Origin: Octopus vulgaris
Lineage: Eukaryota
Reading direction: 5' to 3'
DNA: 64,000 nt
Assembly: GCA_951406725.2 (NCBI GenBank)
Contig: OX597815.1
Span: 137,888,001 to 137,952,000, forward strand
The notes beneath the pieces are model-generated. The model made no database searches. It saw only the letters and a program-made list of their open reading frames with translations, and was not told where the DNA came from. Positions 12,701 to 27,200 of the stretch are shown in pieces. Position 1 is the first letter of the stretch. Each line of letters starts with the position of its first letter. Made by a program: the position numbers and the translations under genes.

Positions 12701-15700
12701 TTAGTTATCTACATATCCACACTCATACATTATAAATGATCAATTTTGAAACAAATTTATTTTTGAGCAATAAACAATAAGAGAAAGTGTGAGATAAAAA
12801 GAAAATCATTAAATTGCTACTTTGAACATGATGATCCAATAATTTTTCAATATCCAGTCCAAGTTTCACAAAGTTACTTATTTACAATCTATTTCACTGT
12901 TTAGTTAACAAGTGCAATAAAACACTGAATCCTCTCTCAACCAAGGAAAAATAATGAGCAACAATTTAATTTAAATGAGTGAGGCCATTGCCAGTGCTGC
13001 TGGACTGGCTCCTGTACAGGTGGCATGTAAAAAACACCATTTGAGTGTGGCCATTGCCAGTACCACCTGACTGGCCCTCGTGCCAGTGGCATGTAAAAGT
13101 ACCCACTACACTATCGGAGTGGTTGGTGTTAGAAAGGGCATCTAGCTGTAGAGATTCTGCCAGATCAGATTGGAGCCTGGTGCAGCCATCTGGTTCGTCA
13201 GACCTCAGTCAAATCGTTCAACCCATGCTAGCATGGAGAGCGGACATTAAACGATGATGATAATGATCTTTACACACACACACGCAAATACACACAGTTT
13301 TTTTTTTAGCAATAGAATTTGAGATCCACTAGCAAAGAGATATTACATTTAAACAGTAAATTCTGATCAAGTGTCAAACCCAAACTTACTCTCACCCAAA
13401 CTGAGGACAATTGTTTTGCATGTTTAGCTAGAATACTTTATACAACTCACTTTATTGAAATTGTTCACAAACATTAAAATCATTTTGCAAATCTATTAAT
13501 TCATCAGATAGGTCTTGATGAGTAAAAATGAACATATGAAAAATAGATTTGTAGCCCACATGAGTATTTTTAGTTCACCAAAATCTTTAAATCCAATCAT
13601 CATATCTTTCAGCACCTGAAGAGGGGAATAATGACACTTCAGATTTGTATCTAATATCAAATCACTCATCATTTTCATTTATTATTTGTATATTTGGAAA
13701 CTACTGAAATTTGAACCTTGCAATGCTATTTTTGTACAATATAATTTTGCTATTAAAATAATTTATAATTTTTGCTTTAATAAGGTCATATTGTTTCCCT
13801 GTAATTTGATGTTCATTTCATTCATTTAGTTAAATATGTCAGAGACAAGTGATGTGAAGACTTTTACGTTTCTTGCTCATTACATATTTCCTCATCATAC
13901 AACTTGAAAAATTCCAAAATAGTATCACAGAGCTCATAAAGCATCACAGACAGTCTGCCCTTGCAAGCAACAGAATTCAGTACATAGCAAAAGATGTTCA
14001 AATTCTTCATTTTCATGGCAAAGTTTCCAAAAAATACAGATATTCAACAGATAAGCTTTTATCATATTCACTGTTTTAATAACATTGTACAAAGTCTAAT
14101 GTGAAAATGTTTTGCAACTAACTGTTGTCAGTGAATAATACAATGAACTGCAAAGATATCTGGAGCTGCTGCTTTTAAATCCACTATAAATTCACAACAC
14201 CTACAATAGGTGTTCCATCAGTTGTACATGCAATAGCATAACATGACATTTTTATCATTAAAAAAGTGTTCAAGTACTCTATAAATTGTAGAACCTTTTG
14301 TGTCAGTGTTCAGTTGTTTGACAAATAAGATCTTTCTATAACCTCTTGATTTGTATTTGAATAACACTCATAGAACAATAAGAAAAATTCTAGATAAAGT
14401 TGTTTCTATTTCATCAATTCTTATTGATATTGAACTAGTGATGAGAGAAATTAATGATCTTATACTACTTTTACTGGAGTCCATCAAAGTATTTATAACT
14501 TTATTTTACAGCTGGTTAGATAAGAGTTTTACTAATAATATATAGTTTTCCCAATTTGGCAATTAAATTTCAAATTTCGTAAGTTACCACTAATCCTTTC
14601 GCAAGCTAGCTAATTTGCTTTACAATCAACCCATTAACTGTAGACAGATTTTTATATTTATAATTAGATTCAAAAATATCCGTTTTCTTACTTTCTGTTC
14701 TTTAACAATTTCTTTAAGGGTTATGTGGTGGCTTCGGCTTACAGATGATGATTTGTAAAAATTCACTAAAGCTCCAAGTGTTGGGAATTTATCTGACTCC
14801 CATATAAAATGGCCATCATTCTGTTTGTATATTTTGAAATGTTGTACTTCACACATGTATCTGAGAAAAGAAATTAAGAAAATATTATTTATGCAAAACT
14901 TGAAATTAACAATACATTTAAATAAAAGACAGCAATGTTTTTAATTTTCACTGGGTTTTCTCAATAACAATAAATAAACTGGGTTTTAAGACCTGTTCCA
15001 CTCTAAGCGAACATTTAGTCATTTTACATATATTACAATTTTGTAAATCAATACGTTTTACACATGAGCAAATATAATACAGTGCAAATGGAAGTCATTA
15101 CCATAATCAATCAAATCCTTATGTTTTCTTGCCCATTCAAATGGTAGGGTCTACATCAAAGAATATTTTCAAGCCACCCAAGTATTATGTTGTTCTATAT
15201 GTCACATGCAAGTAGCCTGCGCCAACTCATCCTAAGACAAACTGTCATAAGTATCCTTCATAAAATTTTTGCTTACTTTTTCATGTAATTTATAATCATG
15301 CTTCATATATATTAATAATTTAACTTATCACTTTGATACCCAACAAAACTTTTTCTGAGAAGGGGTCTGCAACACTTCTTGTGAATCCACCACAGCTTTC
15401 ATCAATGGAAACATCAAAATATTTTGCAACAGGAATTTGGGGTCTTGTTGAAGCTCATCAAAACTTACACTACATTATTCCAAGGAATAAGACTCATAAC
15501 ACTGCACCTTGGCTGAGTCAAAACCTTCTTGTTGGGCCACTCCGTCACACAATTTATAGACAGCAGATTCAGTTTAATGATTACTTATTAACTCAAATAT
15601 ATTTAAGACTTCAGTAACTAATTACACCCTCTTCCTTTTCTAAATTAACTGCCTTTTTACTGTCACTAATAACAGCATAGATCACATTCTCTGACTCTTG

Positions 15701-18700
15701 CTTGGTGTATGTGAACAGGCCTTGTTCCTCGTATAACCACAGCCTCTCTCTAATATATACATATCCTCTTCATAATCACAGATTTGTTTGAAGAATATTG
15801 ATGGGGAGATTGAGAAAACTTTAGAGTGGGTAATGGTCGTAGTTATAAATTTTTGATAACTTGATAACTCTGTATAAAGTTCAAATACTCCTTACTCTGT
15901 ACAATACAGATCATCAGGATGGAATACTTGCTACAGACACTTATACGATTATAATCTCTCTCTCTCATTGCATTCAAGAAATATACCTGTACTGATTGAT
16001 AGGCAATTTGATCAATACTCTTTAATCATAATTCTACCCGTACATCAATGGTTTCTTTCTAATTAATTTACATACTAAATTACATTCATTGTATACATAA
16101 AGTGCTTTCACTTTCTTTCTGCTTTCTCACAACAGTAATCCCTCAACTATCGCAGGTGTTACATTTCAAAATCTCCCGTGATAGGTGAAAATCCATGAAG
16201 AAGAAACAGTACTGAACTATATTTTTTTAATCATTTTTATAATTTGTATATATTGATTTTATCATAAATGCAAAACAACACCACAGAGGAATCGACATAA
16301 GCTTAAATAATAAACCACATTAGGTGAACCACTATATGGTGAAGGATTACTGTAAACCTTATACAAATTCTTTTCTTAGTCTATCTTGGGACTTTACAAT
16401 CACTGAAACAACTCAAACTGAACATTTTTTATCGTTATCCCCTGCATTTATAAAATGACATATAAAAGCTATTGGCTCCACCTCTCTGCTTTGTATGATA
16501 AAAAAGTAAAACAACAATAAATACACAAAGTTTTTATAAATGAAAAATATCCTAAAACTTACTTGACAGACAAACTATGTTCTCCTTCTTGTCGACCTTT
16601 CCTCACAAGGAAGGCACCATCACCATTGACATACTGCATGTTGCTATTCTTAGCCAAAAGCATTCTTTCTGCCTCTTGCCGCGTAACGTCTAACATCAAC
16701 CAATTGCTTAAAAAAAAGAAAAACAACAAAAACATAATACTATTTATCTTCTACAAAGGTAAAGTGAAGATTAAAGCTAATAGTCTGGAAGCAGAGAGTT
16801 CTCATCCAATTCCAACAAATTCACAAGTCTTGTCAATATTGTTATTATTTAACCATTATTATTACTACTAATCTTACATGATTCTTCTACATAAGTCAGG
16901 CACATTTCCAGAGACAGATTTCTGTCCTCCTTAACAACAAAATTAAACTCTAATTGTCCTAAAGATATGTTGAATATTAAGGCAACACAGTATAAACAGT
17001 ATTTACATCTAGATTCATTACAATGTTCCTTATACTATCCTCAATCAGAGTAGTCTAAAGATAATGCACATCCTGGTCAAACTCCTAAATTTAACGTCAA
17101 CAAGGAGTCTCTGCAATAACCAGTAAGGTCTCTGTAAAGCCAGGACTACTAAAGACTCCACTTTCTAAGTTTGTGGGATCCAGTTGCCTCTCATCTTTTA
17201 GAGTGAAAGTTCCCTGTCAAACTGCACATTAAAGTGTATTAGTTGGGTTCCAACCAATTTCATGCTATTGTACTGTTCAGCTATATCTCCCACATTCCTC
17301 TTCCTGTAAAAAAAAATATATATTTCTAACATCATGCACTCCTAGACAGATGAAGTCATTCTTCATTCTTCTTTAATGTTCTGCTTACATTTAATTCAAA
17401 CACTCAATTCATACCAAAACCTGTGCTGTGTCTATCAACAGAGACCTTCATCACATCTTTCGATAGAGACATTATAATTTGGTCTCTTAACAGCTGACAG
17501 GATGCCTCCAATCTAAGAGATCAGAGATGGATGGAACCCACACATCAGCAGTTTAGCTAAGAACTTGCATGCCAAACACAGTCAATGTTTTGCTAATGCT
17601 AAGTGCAATAATACCATTTTCACCATATACTATGATATTACTAGCAACACATCTGAAATTAATTAGGCAATATCACAGAGCTAATCTATTACCTACAACA
17701 GTTGTACTCTTGGTGTTTGATTTACCTCTAGGGTGCCCTTTTTATTTCAATTAAATAACCAGTTCAATGGCAATTATGAAACAAGTACCCACTAACAACA
17801 AATGTCTGTCTGATAGGTTGAAAACACAATTGTAAATTACTAATAAGAGAAAGGTGTGAAAGTTAAAAGATATCTTTTAAGAGTAATTTGGTAAAAAAAC
17901 TATAACATAGAAGACAACTAGGCATTCCTAAGTGACAACCTTCTATAAGCTACTTACTGGCTTTGAATATATCATCATCATCATCATTTAACGTCCATTA
18001 TTTTGAAATGGTATTATAGCATTCAAAGTAGTATTCTGCAACAGTTAGATGCAGTGGATATGGTGACAGAATATTACAATGAATGAGACTAGAAGACAGG
18101 GAGTTTTAAGGAGCAGTACCACCAAAATGGGTGTATTTAGTAAAGTAAGAAGCTTAAAATAGAAGGTTAACTAATATAGTGCACCATGAAAATCAGAGGT
18201 GTAAGTGTTTCAAATTACAAGATGAAGAAGGATATAATTTGAAAGAAATATGTTCAACTTTGGAGCATTTCGCCCATCACTATGTTCTGAGTTCAAATTC
18301 CGTTGAAGTCGATTTTGCCTTTCATCCTTTCGGGGTCGATAAATTAAGTACCAGTGAAACACTGAGGTTGATGTAATCAACTAGTTCCCTTTCCCAAATT
18401 TCAGACCTTGTGCCTATAATAGAAAGGATTTGCCATCAGTGATAAACAAAGAACTATGAGAGGTTGTGGAATCAGAAATAAGAAAAAAGAATACTTCAAA
18501 ATAAAACTCATGGTTCACTGGCAATGCTCAGACCCAACTGAAAATATTCACTAAGATCAAGCATTAGTACATGGCAGTGGTCCTCAGCAGCTGGTTTTTG
18601 TTTCATTTGTTAGATGCTGGATTACTTCAATGTGCAGCGGCATCTGCTCAGTAGTCAAACTAAATGGCCACTTAGCAGAACCATCTGAAATCATGTGCTC

Positions 18701-21700
18701 AGTTTGTTAAGAGTGTCCTTTTTCATCCCACCTATATATGTTGGCTCTTGAACCATTGCTGCAGAAGCTAGAAGTGTTGAGAGGCATCTCACTTGAACTG
18801 TAATATGAGAAGGCTGTGTAATCAAATGTAGATGTCACCAACATATCGGGCACCACAGACATGAGGTGGTTGGCACTTTACTAAAAGAATACAAGGTGGT
18901 AACAAGGGAACACATTAACTAGGACAAGTAGGACAAGTAGGACAAGTAGGACAAGTACAGCATTAGCATATAAATTGCAAGTTAAATGAAATGAAGATTT
19001 TATAAAAACCAAAAAAGTACAGGTTGTTTTCTGAAGCCACTATGCAAAAGACAATATTGATAGGTTATATTTATTCCACATACTGGAAGGATAGACCTTA
19101 TAATGGGTTGTGCTATAGTATTCATTGATGATGGTACAAAATGTAGTGTGAGCTTTGTTAGTTGATGGTGATTATGTAAAGTATATATTAGTTGTGTAGT
19201 AAACATCACTTGTGCTATTACATTAAGTATTTTTGCATATGTGGGTTGTGTACCTAATAGGCCTAAGTTTTTAGACTGTGTGTGAAATTGTAAGCATTGG
19301 TATAGATTATATGTCTATTTTATGTGTCATACCTTGTGGTCCAATAATTACTGGCATTGATTTTTACTTTCATACTCCACATTCTACTTATTTCTGTTTT
19401 ATGACCTTTGTATCTTTTTTAACTTCATTTTGCTCAATACTTCAGACAGAAAGGGTTGAGATGCTTTTTAGAAAACATAGATTATTATTCTTGTCATTAA
19501 TCATGATATCTGTTCCCCAATATTTTCATCAGTCTGCACAAGCATGCCCCAGATTATTGCACCTGATTAGTCATATACTGGGTTTAGTACATATCAAATT
19601 ATCCCAAGAACAGAGTTAACTAACCAATCATACTTCAAAATAAAACCAATCATATGTGGGGATCTATATTATCTTTACAAGGACTGGGCAGCCAGAAATT
19701 AATTTTATTTGTGCTGACTGCATAGTCTGCTGCTGGTGTTAGTTGTGCGTGTGTGTATATGTGTGTACGCGCGCGTGTGTATGCATATGTGTGTGCTCTA
19801 ATTTTATTCCATCAAGAGGAATGAAATCAGAGCAAAAGCCAACAACAGTTCAAAATGGATTTCATTCCTCTTGATGGAGTTTTATGCTATATTAGTGGAA
19901 TATTTTTCCCTCCAGTTTTTAAAAATATATTTTATAGTTCCAACTTCATGAATTTTGTCCATTTTTTTTATAACCTTTTTACTATTTTTTGTCCTTATCT
20001 AAACATTCTGCCTCAATGTAGTTAGCTTCCAAGATGTATTTTATTGTTACTTTATATAGAGAGAAAAGTTATTTTTCATACACCTTTATTTCATTAATCT
20101 CTTTCCCTTCACCACTTTAAATATTTTGGGGGTTTACAAGTGTTATTTGTGTCAAGCTCTGTCTTCTCTATAAGCATAATTCAAATACCCTATCAATATT
20201 GTCTTTAGCATAGTAACTTCAGAACAAGCAAAGTTTTCTAGTTTTTCTGAAATCTTCACTCACTTTAACTTCCAATTATTATGTTGCTTCTGTAGTTTAT
20301 GATTAGGATGACTAAAATATCTACATCTGTTATCTTATCACTAGTATTGAAAACAGTTTCTCTTTCATTTCTGTGCTACATGTTATCAATTTCATGTATG
20401 ATTATTTGTAAGGGTCGTTCTAGTATAATTCTCTTATATCAACATTTAGAGCTAATTTAATGTTCTCAGTTCTAATTAATTTGTCTCCTCTGGGATTAGT
20501 CTAACAAGTATCCTCTTTATCTTCTTGTCTTGTCTTGAGACAGCATTCACCTGAGGTGGGTTGAGCTGGCTTCATTCATCCTCAATGCTGCATCTCTCAC
20601 AAATGCCGACCAGGCCTGGCAATTTGAGGCTAACGACCGCATGATCTCCAACCACTCCCTATTCCAGTGGCGAATGCCATAGACATGGGGGCCTAGGTTG
20701 GGTTCCAGATCAGCCTTGACTGTCATCAGCCAGGTTTTTCATTGTCCACCACATGTTTTTGCCAACCCTGAAGGGGAGCTGGGGCAATTGCTTCATAGAT
20801 GAATTCTCCTGGTTGATGACGGAGGGCATGACCCAGCCAACGCAGACATCTTGTTAGGATGACTTGTCGGAGGGAGGTGATTTTGCACTGGTGTCACACT
20901 GAATTGTTGGAGACACAGTGATGCCATCGGACACAAAAGATGCAGCGTAGACAGAGGTGATCGAAGGACTCTAGTTGCTTAATATCTTCCACCCACCACC
21001 AAGATGTTATCCTCTTTATATTGTAGTTAAATTCATGTACAATTATTTTTGAAGGTGCCCAAGCTGATCAATTAAATCAAATGGCAGTGTTTTGGTAATA
21101 CTTCATACATGAAAGACCATCAAAGTTAGGCCTAAACAATTGTAGCAACTTTAAGGGTTTTAGTTGTAGATTATTAATGAGTAGAGTGAGTGAGTTAGTA
21201 ATTATCTTTGTGCTGTTGAAAGAAACTAATTTAAATAAATTTTGTTGAGTCCTGGGAGAGTCATTATGCCAATAATAATAACACATGCACAAGCTCACTG
21301 CTTTATTTATTAGTCAATTGGTTATATATCTAATCAATTAACTGATTGATTGTTTGTTTAAGATGTTGGTTAAACAATCACTTAGTTGTTTGTTATCAGC
21401 CAAAGTTCTCTCATTGCTGTTTGCAACCTTTACAGTGACCCATGACTCCCAACCCACTCAATCTTTCGTTGTAAGTTAGTTGCAAAAGATCTATTGGATA
21501 AATAAGTAGAAATGATTTCTCAACAGAGTGGAATAGAAGTAGATCTGTCTGCACCATAGTCTATTGGGCAAGTGCTTGTCTGCAGTCTCTACTGTGTTGA
21601 GCAGATGAAAAGAAAGATTACTTATGGACAGAGTGTAAATATGTCGTTGGCAATTTTTCTCACAGGAGGAACTGCATTCAATACTACAAACCAACAAACC

Positions 21701-21990
21701 ATTCATCGATTTTGCAATTTAGCTGGTATATTTCACTGATGTAAACAATGATATATACCATTTCATGGCATCTACCTATGAGGGAGTGCTGAAAAGCTAT
21801 TTTAAGGGTATTGCAAAAGGCCTAGCTGGAGGCCCAACCTTCTGAGTTCTTTTACAAAGCTTAGAGAAGGTGAAGGGCTGTTGCAGTAAGTGTGTGAATC
21901 TGAGAGAGGAATATGTTGAATAAAGCCATAATGAATTGATCCTCCTGTATTTTCTTATACCCAAACCCAGGAACTTTTCAGCAACTCCTT

Positions 21991-22030
<40 letters not shown>

Positions 22031-22319
22031 TGTGATCACGTGACCGACCAGACCATCAGATGTTGTTACACATCGCTGGTCACAATGCGGTCGCATTGTT
22101 TTAGCCTTCGAATGACGCCACCCCGCTGGCTAAGAGGGCCAACAGAAGAAAGAGTGAAAGAAAGAGTGGTGAAAGAGTACAGCAGGGATCACCACCCCCT
22201 GCCGGAGTCTCGTAGAACTTTTAAGGTGTTTTCGCTCAATAAACACTCACAACGCCCGGTCTGAGAATCGAAACCGCGATCCTACGACCGTGAGTCTGCT
22301 GCCCTAACCACTGGGCCAT

Positions 22320-22363
<44 letters not shown>

Positions 22364-22568
22364 TTAATAATTAATAAATAAAATAATATATAAATATAAA
22401 AATATACATACATATATATATATATTTGTATATATATATAAAATTTATAAGTTTAAATCATTTAAATAATCTTTTATTTTTAACTTTTATATTTTTTAAT
22501 TAATTTTATGTATTGGCTTATGTTTTTCACTGTTTGATTTGCCTAATAGTGGTTTTATCTCTAATTTG

Positions 22569-22610
<42 letters not shown>

Positions 22611-24242
22611 TTCTACTACTAAGCACTGACCTGTCCAACCACCCAAATTCCTAAATTCTTCATTCCATACTACTACCCACCTCTCTGCCCCATCACTGAG
22701 ACTATCTCAGCACAATTGACACTCCTTTATTTTTTAAGCCTCTCTCTCTATCACCCCCCTTTCTTCTATCTTTTTACACTAATACTTTTCTCTCTTTATC
22801 ACCCTTATCTTCCAATTCCTACTTTCAAATTATCTGGTACACTTTCCCTTAATATCTCTTCCTTGTTTTTCCTTTTTCTTTTTTTTTTCTTTTCTTTATT
22901 CCTCTCTTCCTGCTTTTTCTTCTTTTATTTTATTATTCATTATTTTATTATTTTTCTTCTTATTTTCTTCTCTTTCTTTTCTCTTTTTTTTCTCTTTCTT
23001 TATTTCTCTCTTCCTATTTTCGATTTGACCTTACTAATACATTCCCTACTTTTAGGTCAATAACACTGTGTATAAACTTTATACTCAGAATGACCAATTT
23101 TAAATACTATTGGATTTTACTCATAAGGTATTGGAATCTTATATGTATCTACAAATACAATATCCTAGCATATCTCGCATCTATTTTCATTCCTCCACCT
23201 CACTCTCTATTTCGTATCTTATCTAAATTAACTATTGCTTAACCATCTCACACCACCTCCGATGAAGGGATATAAATATCCTAGAAACAGCTGTAAGACT
23301 TATTTATAAATGGTCTAAAATCTACACAGTTTTGGTTTTTGATCTCATTACAGAAAAAAATTTTATATGTGTGTATGTGTGTATATATATATATGTAGCC
23401 TCGTGTATATATGTCTGCCTCCTATTTTGGTGACTTTGCTGACGGGACAAGCCAAGCGTAAACGGATTTAATTTAATTTAATTAAATTTGATTGCGTGAA
23501 GATGTTGAAACCTTGCAGGGTGCAAGGTTTTAAGGGGATGAATGTTTTTTATTTTCCTCTAGTTTCAGAATTGCTACTATTTTTTGCGGTTTTGAGTTTT
23601 AGCTGCTCTTTTCAAGTGAGTCGAACGACCTTCTCAGGGTCATTCCTTAATATTTTGTTGAATGTATAATATAGTCTGTGACTATTTCTATTTTCTCACT
23701 TGACCGCTGGTGGCAGAAAATTTTTCTTGAATTTTTTGTTACCCTTATATTGATTGATATATATATATATATATACAAATAAGAAAATGGAGGAACATAT
23801 TCATTTCAATCATCGACTTACAGATATTACCAATTCATATTATTTATTAACTACATAAATAGGAACATCCAAATCCAACAAAACAAAACAATATACATCA
23901 ATATGTAAGATAATAATACCATGAGAATAATACACACACTTATGTATATATATATATATATTCTTGTGTATGTGTATTTTGTTTCATATTTATATTTGCA
24001 TTTTTATAATTGTACTTTATAATCTCTGACGAGGCCTTGAGATATATATATAAGTAACTAATTTTTAACTGCATATTACCTCAATACATCTGACTAATAT
24101 AAGCAGAATGAGATACCTTTATCTACAGGCTGAAACAGCTGTAAGATCCCTTTTATGTGTATTATTCTTATGGTATTATTATCTTACATATTGATGTATA
24201 TTGTTTTGTTGGATTTGGATGTTCCTATTTATGTGGTTAATA

Positions 24243-24273
<31 letters not shown>

Positions 24274-27200
24274 TATATTCGAAAGGATGCTGAAAAGTTT
24301 CTGACTTTAAGGGTGTGTGAAAGGCCTGGTTGGAGGCCCAACCTTCTGAGTTCTTTTACAAGGCTTAGAAAAAGTGAAGGACTGCTGCAGTAAGTGTGTG
24401 AATCTGAGAGAGGAATATGTTGAACAAAGTCATAATTAACTGATCCTCCTGTATTTTCTTTTACCCAAAGCCAGGAACTTTTCAGTACCTCCTTGTATAA
24501 GTGTGCAAACTGAGCCATTGAGAGTTAACTGTTTTGAACATTAACAAACTACTGTAAACTGCTGACCTCTTGGCAAAATGTCTAGTTCGCTATTGATCAC
24601 TATTGTTTTTTTTTGTTTGTTTGGTTTTTTTTTACATACAATAAAATTATAATTATGATGATGATAAACAGAGAAATTGACATGTAGAAGATAAAGAAAG
24701 CATTATCGTAAAACTATAATTAAAAACAAAATTAAATGAAAACAGTTATCGATAAAGTCCATTACTACTTTATCACAATAATTATGCATCATCATAGTGC
24801 AGCACTAATCATTAATATGCTATCTTAGTAATAACTGTTTCTGATACAAGCAAGGCCACAAACATTGGAAAAAGGATTAGTTAATTAACTCAGCCCAGTA
24901 TTTTACTGGTCCTTTATTTTATCAACCTTAGAAGGCAATGTTGACCTGAGTAGGATTTAACTCAAAATATAAGAAACCAAAACAAATACCACATGCCATT
25001 CTGTCCAATGAATGCTCTAATGATTCCACCAATCAACTGCTCTTGCCATCTCAAAAATACCAAAGCAAATTTAGAATTTTTAGCTGTTTGTGGATACTAT
25101 TATAAACGATACCCAGTTTTCTACGAAAAGGCAGATTGATTGATTGATTCACAAAGTTATCCAATATGGGCTAAGTCTGCAGATTACCGGTTGAAGTGTT
25201 TGTCAAAAAAAGCATTGAATACTGACATGTAATATAAATCCCAGCTACATAGAATTAATTTCAAATCTGGCCTGAGCTAATGTGACAAGGATTATTTTGG
25301 CTTAAACTCACTTCCTGGTTTATTAGGTTTAGATCTCAGCTTTACCTTTATTTCAGATAAGTGTGCTGATATACTTTTAATCAATAAAATATTACAGGGA
25401 AAGCTAATATCCCTTTCAGAAATTGTTATAATTTCATCAAAACATTGAATGTACAACCCAACATAGGTTAATGGTTAGTGATTTCAGACTTAGAGCCAAA
25501 AGGACTTGGCCATATCTTACTCAGCAAGAGTTTACAAAAGAAAGATATGGAAAATCAAAGACCCAGCAACAGTCAGAAATTTACAGAAACTCTAGTTGGA
25601 ACATTTGACAAAAAGGAAGAAAAGTTAGAGACATGGACAAGTGGAAGTTCCTATGGGAAGTTCCTACTGAGAATTACTGACCAAATCTGTGATTGATGTA
25701 AAATTTCAGCCAGATTTAGGCTGACATGGTGGAACAGTGAGGCAGATAGAGATATAAAAAGCAAAAACACAGGCCTGAAAAAACTGGAAAAATGGTAGCA
25801 GCAGAGAGTTATAACAGGTAGTCAGAAGGGAAGCCTGGTAACATGTTTACATTGCGAAAGGAGGGGCAGAAAGCAAGATTTGCATATATTTTACAGTATG
25901 AGGATCAGAGGTGTGAAGTATTCACACAGAATCAAGGTGTTATAGGTGATACATGTATGCAAATGGATAATGGTACACTTGCATTTAGTAATTCTGAAAA
26001 GAAAGAGGCATAAAAGTGCTAGTATGAAAGGCTATTAAATGTGGAGAACAACTGGAAGAAAGAGCGTCTTCTCAATGTGAACCCAATAGAGTAGATGAGA
26101 TGCAGTTTGGTGTAGTACAGGAGAAGTATTTAGCAAAAAGTAAACCAATGTAAAAGGAATTCATTAACCTGGAGAAAGCTTTTGATAAGAGTCCTTCATT
26201 CTGTGATCTGGTGGTCTCTGAGAAAATAGGAGTAGATGGATGGCTTGTGAGGTGAGAATCAGCTACAAGTACAACAATGAATTTAGAGTACAAGTAGGAG
26301 TTCACTACGGCTCAGTACTCAGTCGCCTCTTATTCATTATAGCTTGCCAGGAATTTAAGGCAAGCTGGCCTTGCGGACAATTATATGCTGATGACTTATA
26401 GCAGAATCTGGAGTATAATTTTTGTGGAAGCAAAACTTAGAATTAAATGGCCTTAAAGTTAACTTAGCAAAAGACCAAAAACATATATGATTTTCTCCCT
26501 GTCAGGTATATGGCCCTGCTCAACATATAGGAAAGGTGTAGGCAAAAATTCAATACTATGTACCCAGTGCAAGCTCTGGACACACAAGAAGTGCAGTGGA
26601 ATCACAGAAAGTTTAACAAAGACAGAATCTTTGTATGTAGATGTGCAGTAGCTATAAACATTAATGACAGAGAGAAAAGGATTTTCTCAAAGGTCTATGA
26701 GGCTCCTTAGAAGTAGTAGATAGTTTCTGTTACTGAGATGACATAATTTACAGTGGAGGAGGATATTCTGAAAATATAGTTGATAGAAATGGAATAGGAT
26801 GGAGGAGTCCAGGAAGCTATTACTTCAGTTGAAAAACAATGGTCTCTCTTTCAGATTGAAAGGCAGATTGTATGATACGTGTATGAACAGCAATGCTACA
26901 TGCTGTGACATGAGTTGTGAATGCAGAGGACATGTGAAGACTAGAAAGGAATGAAGTCAGTATGCTGCTGGATATGCAATGTCAGTGTGCATGAACGACA
27001 GTGAAAATGTACTATGAGAAAAAACAAGTACAAGAGGAATCAGATGTAGCATGCAAGAGAAGAGACTGTGCTGGTCTGGTCATATAATGCCTAAACATGA
27101 AGATAGCTGTATCAAGAGGTGTCAATAGTCTTAAGTGGATGGAACTTGTGGAAGAGGGAGATCCAGAAAGTTGAGGGATGAAGTAATGAAGGCTGATCTC

